The position numbers and the translations under genes are program-made. The notes under the pieces are model-generated. The model worked only from the letters and a program-made list of their open reading frames with translations. It was not told where the DNA came from and did no database searches. From positions 62,001 to 126,000 of the IMG/VR virus record IMGVR_UViG_3300002835_000029: a DNA stretch of 64,000 nt. One strand, 5' to 3'. The stretch is from an uncultured virus (IMG/VR IMGVR_UViG_3300002835_000029) (lineage: Duplodnaviria > Heunggongvirae > Uroviricota > Caudoviricetes). The stretch's first letter is position 1, and each line of letters begins with the position of its first letter. Below, one piece after another: positions 1 to 9,700 of the stretch.

Positions 1-453
1 GATAAAGAACAACTACATTATATAAGCTCTCTAGTTAATAACAATATAAACAATAAATCAATACATGATATAAGTATCTTTTATGATGATGTAGATTTTA
101 ATGAAAATCATACTCTGTGCGGAATGTTTAATTCAACAGACTTATGGAGTTTCAATGGAAATTTGATAGTCACATCATTAGAGGCTTTAGCAACGTCCTT
201 AAAGGTAGTGAATAATATTAATATCTTTTACTATCATGGATGGAATGAAGAGAAGAATACTCTGAGATTGGTGACATCTGTACAAAATGTGCAAATTATA
301 TCTAGATCAGAAAAAGACTCAAAAGAAATATATAGAATCACAGGTAAATGTCCAATAGGAATATCAGAAAATTTTAATGACATTATCAACTTAATAGCAA
401 GGTGCGAAGATGAATACAAATCAAATAATAACGATGTATACCAAACAGCATAA
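1..453 (+). CDS. hypothetical protein, 5'-partial
   Basis: Frame 1 is open from base 1 (DKEQLHYISSLVNN...) into the tracked ORF 124..453, so the true start lies outside the window. Confidence 0.75.
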   Translation, partial: DKEQLHYISSLVNNNINNKSIHDISIFYDDVDFNENHTLCGMFNSTDLWSFNGNLIVTSLEALATSLKVVNNINIFYYHGWNEEKNTLRLVTSVQNVQIISRSEKDSKEIYRITGKCPIGISENFNDIINLIARCEDEYKSNNNDVYQTA

Positions 454-1177
454 GAGTACTTATGAGATTGCGGAAGAGTTAAATACTTATCCCAATCGCA
501 TAAGACGTATTCTTATCAAGAGTGGCGTTAATCTAAAGACTAAAAGTGAGGCGCAGAAGAATGCAATAGAGAGTGGAACTGCCACTCACCCAACTAGCGG
601 CAAGATAAGAACACAAGAAGAAAAGCTAAAGATTAGTTCTGGTCTTAAAAAGTATTGGGATGATATGTCAGACGAAATATATGAATCTCGCGTAGCACAA
701 TCAAAGAAAAGGTGGGAAGAATTATCCGACGTAGAAAAGGATAAAATGATGACTGCTGCTATTAAGAGTATTCAAATTGCTGGCAAAGAAGGATCTAAAT
801 TAGAGAAATTTTTATACGAAGAAATAACTAGGGCAGGATATAGTGTTGAATATCACAAAAAGCACCTTATCCAAAATCACGACATGGAACTTGATATGTA
901 CGTACCCTCCATCAAGACTATAATAGAGGTAGACGGCCCATCCCACTTTCTTCCGATATGGGGAGAAGAAAAGCTCCAGAAGCAAATTAAGGCCGATACG
1001 CAAAAGAGTGGTCTTATCTTAAGCAAAGGGATGGTTATTTTGAGAATAAAAAACTTATCTGACTCGGTTTGTTTAGCCGATAAGGAGAAGTTGAGACTTG
1101 ACATTTTAAAATGTTTGAGTAGAATAAAGGAGTCGTTCCCTCCAAAATCAGAAAGGTATATAGAGATTGAAATATGA
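410..1177 (+). CDS. HTH + DUF559/Vsr-like PD-(D/E)xK endonuclease
   Basis: N-terminal HTH (STYEIAEELNTYPNRIRRIL); NUMOD3-like RTQEEKLKIS; C-terminal ELDMYVP..IIEVDGPSH..D..K..GMVILRI. Confidence 0.75.
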   Translation: MNTNQIITMYTKQHKSTYEIAEELNTYPNRIRRILIKSGVNLKTKSEAQKNAIESGTATHPTSGKIRTQEEKLKISSGLKKYWDDMSDEIYESRVAQSKKRWEELSDVEKDKMMTAAIKSIQIAGKEGSKLEKFLYEEITRAGYSVEYHKKHLIQNHDMELDMYVPSIKTIIEVDGPSHFLPIWGEEKLQKQIKADTQKSGLILSKGMVILRIKNLSDSVCLADKEKLRLDILKCLSRIKESFPPKSERYIEIEI

Positions 1178-1929
1178 GTAATATTGAAAGTATTTTTGAA
1201 GAAGTGGTATTATCTTCACCTAGTAATACAAATACATCAGTTAAGGACGTTGTAGTGTCAGATGTTCCATCCATGCTTTCCCCAGAGTGGCATGACTACG
1301 CTATGACTCTATTCACTGAGTCAGAGATGGTTGATGGTCATCCTCTAGTTGCCGGTTTAAGGCGTGTAGCAGAGCTTGTGCTGGGTCCAATTATGTTTAG
1401 TGGCCCAACACAGGTCTTTCCAGTTCAAAGAGAAGATCATCATGGTAGAGCGACCGTCATATTTAGCGTAGAATTTGCTAATGGTATGAGGTATGCGGAA
1501 GTTGCAGACTCTTGGGAAGGCAACACTGATGACATGTTCTGTGCTTTTGCGGTTGCTATTGCTAGCACCAGAGCAGAAGCAAGGGCTTTGCGTAAGGCAC
1601 TAAAGATTAAGGGTGTTGCTGCCGAAGAACTAACTAAGAAGGATACAGCAAAGATCGTCAGGGATATTTCTAATACTAAGAATGCTAGCGAGGGCGAGTA
1701 TGACGATCAGAGTAGAATGAGTGATGCACAATACAACTTTATTGATGTAAAGTGTAAGCAACTCAATATTGATGGAGAGAAGCTATTTGCACGTTTTAGT
1801 GTTGATAGCGGAAAGAAAGTTTCTAAGAAGATCGCTAGTGAAATCATTGATTCACTAAACGATTACCAGCGTGATAAGAGTTCAATTCCACAAGATATTA
1901 TAGGCTATAAACAGGAGTGGCGTAAATGA
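1174..1929 (+). CDS. putative Rad52/Sak-like single-strand annealing protein
   Basis: Beta-rich core followed by the helix AIASTRAEARALRKAL; C-terminal MSDAQYNFI mini-domain; ATGA overlap with the upstream gene. Confidence 0.55.
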   Translation: MSNIESIFEEVVLSSPSNTNTSVKDVVVSDVPSMLSPEWHDYAMTLFTESEMVDGHPLVAGLRRVAELVLGPIMFSGPTQVFPVQREDHHGRATVIFSVEFANGMRYAEVADSWEGNTDDMFCAFAVAIASTRAEARALRKALKIKGVAAEELTKKDTAKIVRDISNTKNASEGEYDDQSRMSDAQYNFIDVKCKQLNIDGEKLFARFSVDSGKKVSKKIASEIIDSLNDYQRDKSSIPQDIIGYKQEWRK

Positions 1930-2261
1930 AGATTCTATATACAACAAAGAATGGCAGACTACAGGCAGAAATAGAGGGCGAATCACAGAAGGATCTATTT
2001 AATGAACTAAGTAGATTTCAAGAGGTATTTGAGGAAACCACATGTGGTAAGTGTGGATCTGATGATATCAGATTTGTGGTTCGTACCGTTGATGATAACC
2101 AGTACTACGAACTTCGCTGTATGAAGTGTGGTGCTAGACTATCATTCGGTGTCCACAAGAAGGGTGGCGGTCTATTTCCAAAGCGTAAGGACAATGAAGG
2201 TAACTGGCTTTCCGATAACGGTTGGGTCAAGTGGAATCCAAAGACGGAGAAGGCAGAATGA
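1926..2261 (+). CDS. zinc-ribbon protein
   Basis: CGKC...CMKC pairs; ATGA-coupled to the SSAP-like gene. Confidence 0.7.
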   Translation: MKILYTTKNGRLQAEIEGESQKDLFNELSRFQEVFEETTCGKCGSDDIRFVVRTVDDNQYYELRCMKCGARLSFGVHKKGGGLFPKRKDNEGNWLSDNGWVKWNPKTEKAE

Positions 2262-2539
2262 GATGTTTAGCAATACTATTTATGCTGATAGGGATATCAA
2301 ATGAGGGATTTGCTAATTATCCAGTTTACATTGTACCACAACCGGTTCCTATTGTTCAGCAACCGGTGGTTGTCCAAACTATGGTGTACCAAGCACCGCA
2401 GTTAATCGTTACGGTTCCTGTGCCAATAGTAGTTTATCCTCAACCAATTATTGATCAAAGAATTTATTGGGGGTATCCTTATTATACAACAACACCTATG
2501 CCGGTCGTAAGACACAGACATAGGTGCTGGAATTACTGA
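2258..2539 (+). CDS. small secreted Pro/Val/Tyr-rich protein (93 aa)
   Basis: Start at 2258 is preferred over 2222: ATGA overlap with the upstream stop, GGAGAAGG upstream, and a signal-peptide-like N-terminus (MRCLAILFMLIGISNEGFA). Confidence 0.65.
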   Translation: MRCLAILFMLIGISNEGFANYPVYIVPQPVPIVQQPVVVQTMVYQAPQLIVTVPVPIVVYPQPIIDQRIYWGYPYYTTTPMPVVRHRHRCWNY

Positions 2540-2546
2540 TGATCTG

Positions 2547-2570
2547 GGGGCGGGAAACCGCCCCTTTTTT
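2547..2570 (+). terminator. intrinsic terminator
   Basis: GGGGCGG-GAAA-CCGCCCC followed by TTTTTT, between convergent operons. Confidence 0.9.
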
Positions 2571-3289
2571 CATAGATATTCTACTGTATAATATAAAGCA
2601 TAATTAGTTTTACTTCCGATACTCTCTGGCTCTGAACTGAGAGCAATATACCAATCATGTCTAGAAGAACTATGAGATATACCATTTTGACTAGTATATC
2701 CTAAACTTGCATTAGCGTCCAGATTACTTGTATTTAATCCACTCATACCCGGAGATGGAGTAAGGGGCAATTCAGTCTGGGTCGATAATGGATCGAATTC
2801 TGCCCACACGAAATCTGAAACCCCCCTGAGATTTAAACTCCCTAACGCTGGATTAGTTGAAGATGTTGGTCTTCTAGCTTCATAAACCCAAGTTGTAACT
2901 CCGCTGGCTGGCTTACTAATTCCATCATTTCTAGCAAATATTCTTAATTTTCCATTTTGAACTTTTACTGGGGTTGAATGAGTGAATCTAATATTTAATG
3001 GGCATAAATAATTTGGTAGTAAATCTAAATCAATAGCATTAGTACCATTAATGCTGACAGTACCTTTACTGCTGCCAATACCACTGGCTACTTTGGCTGT
3101 ATTGTTCAATCTTGGGCCGGGAACAGTCCCATCAGAGTTGGTGATCCAAGTTGATGTTTGCTGTGAGCCGATTGGAACAGAAATTCCAAAGTCTAGACCA
3201 TAAAATCCTATTCCAGACCCTAAATCGTGCCTTATTAGATTCTCATCCAATGAAGCTACATAATTACCATAAAATTTGATTTCAGCCAT
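2570..3289 (-). CDS. putative virion structural protein (239 aa)
   Basis: Beta-rich; last gene of the late region; has its own promoter motif and a GGGAG RBS. Confidence 0.6.
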   Translation of the reverse strand: MAEIKFYGNYVASLDENLIRHDLGSGIGFYGLDFGISVPIGSQQTSTWITNSDGTVPGPRLNNTAKVASGIGSSKGTVSINGTNAIDLDLLPNYLCPLNIRFTHSTPVKVQNGKLRIFARNDGISKPASGVTTWVYEARRPTSSTNPALGSLNLRGVSDFVWAEFDPLSTQTELPLTPSPGMSGLNTSNLDANASLGYTSQNGISHSSSRHDWYIALSSEPESIGSKTNYALYYTVEYL

Positions 3290-3320
3290 AGAATTCTCCC
3301 TATTTTCGTGGGTTATACAG

Positions 3321-3330
3321 TAATATACAC
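3321..3330 (-). promoter_or_regulatory. putative late promoter motif GTGTATATTA
   Basis: One of five intergenic copies; 31 nt before the ATG at 3289. Confidence 0.6.
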
Positions 3331-3335
3331 TTTTA

Positions 3336-6300
3336 TTATATAGTTGTTATTTCTAGATTGACATATCTTCCCTGCGGTTCGCTAGCACCTTCCCAAAGGA
3401 CTCCTCCTTCTGGATAATTAGCAATATCGCTTACAAAGAAAAAGAATAAATCGTATTTTCCAGTACTATTTTTTGGTAATGAAAAAGTTGTAGTTTTATT
3501 ACCATAAACAAATCCTCCAGAATCACCCTTTCCATTTGCATCAGACGGGGTAACTTTTTTGTAGCCATGAAACTGTAACTTATCAACTAATAGTTTTTCT
3601 ATGACTTTACCAGAACTTAATTCTATTACAGCTTTTGCGTCGGGGTCGGGATCAACATTATTTGATGTTATAACTCCGTTTATGACTCCAGATTTAAATG
3701 GATTACTAGTTCCTCCATCAGCGGTTTCGCCATATGCGTCAACTCCAAGGTCTGGATCTGGAATTAAACCTCCTATGCCACCACCACCAGAAGTTTGTGA
3801 TACCAAAAATACTGCTTCTTTACCACCAATTTTAAAAACTACTTTATCCCCTTCACTGTAACCCCGTCCAGCCTTTTTAATATTTATTGAAGCTGGATTA
3901 GCCGATATGACTTTCTTAACATATGCAAATCCACCGTTTGATAATAACATGTTTCTTCTAATTTTATTTTTAATTGTTGGAATAGTTTTATTAGCTAAAC
4001 CAACAATTTGACCAACAGAAAGATTAACTTCATCAAAGTCTACAGATGCGCCAGAAGGATTAAATTGAAGTGGTGCAAAATATCTTCCATCATATATGGT
4101 ATTTGGACAGTGATCATATACGGCACACCAGAGTGCAGTTGTTCCTAAATCTTGTACTTTTTCATCCCCAAGACTTCCTCCCCACTGAACATTATCAGAT
4201 GTTTTAGAAAGACCACTATTATCTTGAATAAAAAGACCAGCTATACCACCGAACACAGTTGAAAAACTACTATTTGCCATAGTGGACTGTTTATATGCAA
4301 GCATTCCGAATTTATTATTAGTCTTTAACTCTATTGCTCCACCGGCAGTAAGTGAAAATGTAGCTTTGGCAGCAATAATTCCTACTACATTAGAACTTTC
4401 CATGCTGTTTCCCTGTGTTGGTATTAGATCTGGTCCACCGTCTGGTCTATCTCCACGGAATGGCTTACCTATATTCTCAAGTTTACCGTAGTTCTCTTTT
4501 CCCCATCCCAAATTTGTTAACCTGTCTCCAAATGATATTTTTGCAAGTACTGAACCGTCTGATTCTAGATTAACATCAGAAATTTGAAGACGATCCCAAG
4601 CTTTACCAAAAAATGAATCATCTGTAGCATATATTCCATATGCTTTAATATTGTTTAAATTAGTTTTTAATTTTTTATATCCTCCATTATTTGGATATAT
4701 TACAGCACCAAGTCCGTTATCCAAGATTTTGGTAGAAGATAATGCTAATTCTAATGATAGCGGTGTAAATTGAACAGATGTAGAATTTATGGGGGTCAAT
4801 CCATATAAATTTTTACCAGTTGAAGTTTTTAACCAATCTCCCTTAACTGGATTTTGTATATATCTTATCATCTTATCACAAAAACCATCATTTGTAAAAG
4901 AAGAGGTCATTGGAAAAAATTGGTAATCTATACTTTGATTTCCAGAACCATTCAGTGCCATTTGTGCTGGCATATGATAAAAATACATATCTTTTAGATT
5001 GAATTGATCTGTTTGTACAGTATTTCTATATTTTGCAAAATTAAGACTTGAGGAAGTATAAATGTTTAAGCTGCTATAATGAGAAACGCTAGTGGTATTA
5101 GTTATTGTTCTTCCCACACTAGCTGTTGAGTATCCATCTGGAAAATACAAGCCCCAACTAGTCGGCACACTTGCAGATGAAACTCCATCTGAGCTAGTTG
5201 GTTCTGTTTTTGCTATCACCGTATTCTTTAATTTAGTTCCAAGATTGTTTCCACCCAAGTCTTTACCAATAATATCAGCATCAAAAAATTGCATGTAATT
5301 ATAACTAACTCTGTTATTTAGTAAGGTTTGTAATCCAAGAGAGTTCAAAGATGCGTCATCTATTCCATTCATATTTATACTGCCACCACTTGTTATTTCA
5401 TATTTATCAGATTCTGCTTTAGCAAGGTTAAGAAGTCTTAAATTACTCAAATTATTATATTGGGCATTATCGGTAAAAGATGTACTTGGAAGAGTATTAT
5501 AAAATCTTGCTCTCATAGTATCGGTATATACTTCTCTGTCCATAAACTGGCCGGCATCATTAATATTCCTAAAAAATCCTTTTGCATTTACTATATATTT
5601 TTGTATTTGTGACCATTCAAAAACTAATTTTTTCGCTACCGATACACCATTAGTCAATGGTACTGGAACCCAATCTCCATTAATTTGACTAGCTAATATA
5701 ACTTCGCCTTTCACAAAAGCTCTGGGGGTTCTGTTCACTACAGTTATTTTGTGTTTTTCAGATACGCTACACCCCATAGAACATGGCACACAAAGATGAG
5801 GATTGCCCTTTTCTGTTTCCATTACCATAGCAATACCACTTGTAAATGGTAACTTTAAAGTTTCATTGTCTATATTATCTACATTACTAGGCAAGTCTGA
5901 CAATGGAACTCCCGGCACATCATCTAATATCTGACAATATGTTTGGGTAGTTCCAGATTCCCACTTGCCGGTTCCACGATTAAGATGTAAATTTAACGGG
6001 CCAGCAACTGTATTATTTGGATTTTTAGCACCGCCAACATCTGGGGCAGAAAAAGCTCCCGGCGGTAATGTTTCGCTTATACCAAAAGCGTGTTGTATAC
6101 CACCAGCCGTTGATGCAACTCCAGCAATAACTGGTGTTTGAAAAGCTACCCCTCTGTTACTTCCATCTCCCTTAGACTGTAGAAACATATTTACAATACC
6201 GCTAGATGCTTGGGATAAAATACTATATCCATTTGCTTGAAAACTAATGCATCCAGACAAGCTTGTATTTATTTTTGACCAAATATATGAAATATTAAAA

Positions 6301-6713
6301 GCTTCTGTATCATTTGTGATCCAACCCTTTTGATATAAATCAAATTTTTCTTGAAATGTTTTTAGGTTTGTATATACTATATCTCCACTAGGGGTCCAAA
6401 AAATATTGTCTTCACCAGTAGCACTATTGGTTGTATACAAATATCTTTTTGTATCTTTGTCAAATCTATAAACAATTAGTGTTCTACCATCACCGCGAAG
6501 TATTGGCTTGATGCTATCAACACCGCCGGTTAAATATTCACTAATATCTGGATCATTTTGTTCTACTCCGTTTTTTTTCCTTTTACCAAACTTTTCTAAA
6601 CTATTTCTAGTATAAGATGCTAATCCTATATCATGCAACTTTTTATCAGAAGTAACATAATAGTGATAAGTCTTTACAATAGATCCAGATCTTGAATTAA
6701 AAAAATTAGTCAT
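3336..6713 (-). CDS. putative tail-tip protein (1125 aa)
   Basis: Large G/S/N/T-rich ORF after the hub-like gene; C-terminal INIKKAGRGYSEGD beta-sandwich motif; AAGGA RBS. Confidence 0.55.
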   Translation of the reverse strand: MTNFFNSRSGSIVKTYHYYVTSDKKLHDIGLASYTRNSLEKFGKRKKNGVEQNDPDISEYLTGGVDSIKPILRGDGRTLIVYRFDKDTKRYLYTTNSATGEDNIFWTPSGDIVYTNLKTFQEKFDLYQKGWITNDTEAFNISYIWSKINTSLSGCISFQANGYSILSQASSGIVNMFLQSKGDGSNRGVAFQTPVIAGVASTAGGIQHAFGISETLPPGAFSAPDVGGAKNPNNTVAGPLNLHLNRGTGKWESGTTQTYCQILDDVPGVPLSDLPSNVDNIDNETLKLPFTSGIAMVMETEKGNPHLCVPCSMGCSVSEKHKITVVNRTPRAFVKGEVILASQINGDWVPVPLTNGVSVAKKLVFEWSQIQKYIVNAKGFFRNINDAGQFMDREVYTDTMRARFYNTLPSTSFTDNAQYNNLSNLRLLNLAKAESDKYEITSGGSINMNGIDDASLNSLGLQTLLNNRVSYNYMQFFDADIIGKDLGGNNLGTKLKNTVIAKTEPTSSDGVSSASVPTSWGLYFPDGYSTASVGRTITNTTSVSHYSSLNIYTSSSLNFAKYRNTVQTDQFNLKDMYFYHMPAQMALNGSGNQSIDYQFFPMTSSFTNDGFCDKMIRYIQNPVKGDWLKTSTGKNLYGLTPINSTSVQFTPLSLELALSSTKILDNGLGAVIYPNNGGYKKLKTNLNNIKAYGIYATDDSFFGKAWDRLQISDVNLESDGSVLAKISFGDRLTNLGWGKENYGKLENIGKPFRGDRPDGGPDLIPTQGNSMESSNVVGIIAAKATFSLTAGGAIELKTNNKFGMLAYKQSTMANSSFSTVFGGIAGLFIQDNSGLSKTSDNVQWGGSLGDEKVQDLGTTALWCAVYDHCPNTIYDGRYFAPLQFNPSGASVDFDEVNLSVGQIVGLANKTIPTIKNKIRRNMLLSNGGFAYVKKVISANPASINIKKAGRGYSEGDKVVFKIGGKEAVFLVSQTSGGGGIGGLIPDPDLGVDAYGETADGGTSNPFKSGVINGVITSNNVDPDPDAKAVIELSSGKVIEKLLVDKLQFHGYKKVTPSDANGKGDSGGFVYGNKTTTFSLPKNSTGKYDLFFFFVSDIANYPEGGVLWEGASEPQGRYVNLEITTI

Positions 6714-6728
6714 ATATTTTCCTTTGTT

Positions 6729-9700
6729 TCAACTCTCGTAAAATCCTCTTCTTGTATTTGGATTAATATTTAAAAAGTTTGGCATGTTTGGATTGTATTC
6801 TTCAGAATATGGACTAAATATTTGATCGTAAGAAGCCCCGCCGGTTTTGTAAGAGCGATTGTTATATAATAAATTCCCTTTTTCTCCAGCAAAATAATTC
6901 ATTGAATCTAATAAGTCTGTTTCGGATGTATTTCCAACTGCAAATCCATGATCTACAACCCCCTCGCCTTGAGATGAAGGGCCATCACCAAAATTGCTAT
7001 AGTTTTGTAATAGTGGAGCATATACTTGACTCTCATATTCATTTACAGATGCTACTATGTAATTATTCATTTGGGGAGTTCTCATTGGGGTTCCATTATT
7101 ACCAAATAAATTTGCAGCTCCGACAGTATTAATGCTAGATTGTGATTTTCCGATTCCTTTTCTAATTAATGCATTTCTCTCATCTCTAAGCTTTTGGCGT
7201 TCTCTACTAATTTTAGAAATCATATCTTGTTTTTGTTTTTGTAATTTACCAAAACTAGATGTGTAAAGATCTAATTTATAAGTTGTTTTTAATCCAGCAC
7301 TAGATACATCAACAGATATATTTGTAACTAATGGTCCACCATTTTCCAGTGCTTGACAAAGTGATCTATTTGGAATGCCGGGAAAAGTAAATCCTCCACG
7401 TTCTGAAAATAATAATAAGCTATTAGCAAATTGAGCTTGTAATATTCCTGCACCATTCATCAATTCGTATCCAGAGTAATTCCAAGGTGCTAAATTTTCA
7501 TCTTTAATGAACTCTACTCTACCACCAACATTTACATATGCATTTGACTGTGGATCTACTTGAGATGAAATCCAAGGACCATAACATCTTTCATGAGACA
7601 TTAGCGGCAAAACAACTAAATCTGGATAAACTGGCGACGGTGCTGACATTTGGATTTGATATGGAAAACCAAATTGCATAGCATACTTTGCTTTTTTAGC
7701 AGCTAACCACGCCCTGCTAGCAATTTCAGATGGGAATGCTGTGATATTGTTTGCACCCTGCGTTGCTTCGTTGGCATATGCTATATCACCGAATTCTGGC
7801 AAACCTTTAACAACGTCCATAGTTAAATAATGTTTGACGCTTTTAGTATCACCCTCTTGACCCACAGCATCCCTATATCTTGAATCTTTTGTAGGTAACA
7901 CTTTATTTGGTAATGTAATCAGAGCATAAACAAATCTAGTGTCTAATGATTCTAGAGAAGTATTTACTATATGACTATTTAATTCTGTTGAATATGGCCT
8001 ATCATAATCCAATCTATTAATAGTATCTCCACCGGCAATTGTTGGAGAATAATTATATTCAATAAAATTGTAACTGTCTATATAACATCCAGTACCGGGA
8101 ATTAAATCTGAGCGAGTTCTAGTTTGTGGCGAAGATCCAGCCTTCCAGCCAGAGCATGGTATGAAAATTTTTCTTGGACGAGATACTTTTGATTTTTGTG
8201 TTGTGCTACCTCCGAATATTTGTATTGGGCGAAATCCTAACTTTGGTGCTAAATAAAACTTTTCATCAACATTGCACTTTACAAACAAGCACTGCTTTGA
8301 AGCTGATGGGTTATTGTCTCTGCGGCTAGCATCTGCGTCGTTAAAAGATGTCCATACATCTTCGCCAACATTATCTAAAAATTCACATAGATCTGGAATC
8401 ATACCTCTAGCAGTAATAAGCTGTTGAGTAAAATCTTCTGCGTTCATAGAATTGAGTGTCAAATGTTGACTGTGATCAAACCTTACATATGCTGAAAGCC
8501 TACCATTTTCATCTATGAAATTACTAGCATCCTGTGGAATCAATTGTTGAAAAACAGCCTTTGGTTGAACACTCGGTGGTAATTTCTGTATATCTTTATA
8601 GCTTAAAGTATTAGTATATAAATCAAATGGAAAGTATCCACCTAAATTACTAGGAGAATAATTGAATTCATATTTATCAGCTATGGGATTAAAATTGACT
8701 TTCAAAGCCCCTACATAATCATCTTGTTTTGTATCGATGCCGCTGGTCAAAAATGAATTAATAGAATTTTTTGAATTATCTCTTTTTGCAATATATCCAT
8801 TTTTAAAATCTGCGGAGAACTCTTCATATATTCCAGATGTAACCGGCCTAGGCTTGAAACCAAATGGGCCGGTCAAATATTCACCGCCATTTGAACTACT
8901 ATTCCAAGTTATATTTTCATCATAAAAAAAGTTAACCTTGCTAGGAATTTTTATTAAGAATTTTTTACCTAAATTTTCATCAGCTATTTTTTTCAAAAAC
9001 TCATATACTTTTAATGCATTTTCTGTCCCCTTCTTTGCTAATCTTGGTAAAACCGCGCCAATTTTATGCAATCCTTCATCTATGCCATTCAACATTTCTA
9101 AATTTGGAGGATTTTTTTGTAACTCGTTTTTAATGGTAGTATAAAAAGTTTGTTCTTGCTGAGTCAACTCACCATAATTAATCTGTTCTAATTCTGCTAA
9201 TACAGAATTTCTAATATCTTCCCAACTATCTGCATCTGCACCTCTAATAGTCGCGGCGGCAGTAATAAATCCAGTTAACCGGGATTGTAATTTTGTTAAT
9301 CCTCCTTCTGGTATTCCTAACTTAGTCATTCTTTTATAATATAGTGGATATCCATATGGAGGATTGCATGGACTAGCAGGCAAATTATCTTGACCAAACC
9401 GTGAGCCAGAAGCAGTGTAAGTATCAAATACGGAACGTGGAACTGTAACGGCATAATTTGTAGCTATTGAGCGCGCTGGAACTCCACCAAAATTAGGGGT
9501 CTGATTAAGGGCGGCTCCCTCAAATGTATCATCGTCTTCTATAGATTCTAAATATGTATCATTATATTGTTGTAAAAAATTCTTCCAGCATTCATACGAT
9601 ACTGAAGCACATCGTAGCTCCATTTCTGTTGTTACATAGTATGCTCCAACACCTTTAGCATTTAATGTTGTAGCATCTAATAATACTTGTTGATAAGCAC

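Noticed and set aside
2222..2257. Upstream start for the small secreted protein
   Set aside because: It overlaps the previous gene and masks the signal peptide; 2258 has an RBS and ATGA coupling.
9251..9262. 12-nt match (TCGCGGCGGCAG) to the VR-like patch as a possible DGR template
   Set aside because: Similarity stops immediately, with mismatches at non-adenine positions, and it lies antisense within a coding gene.
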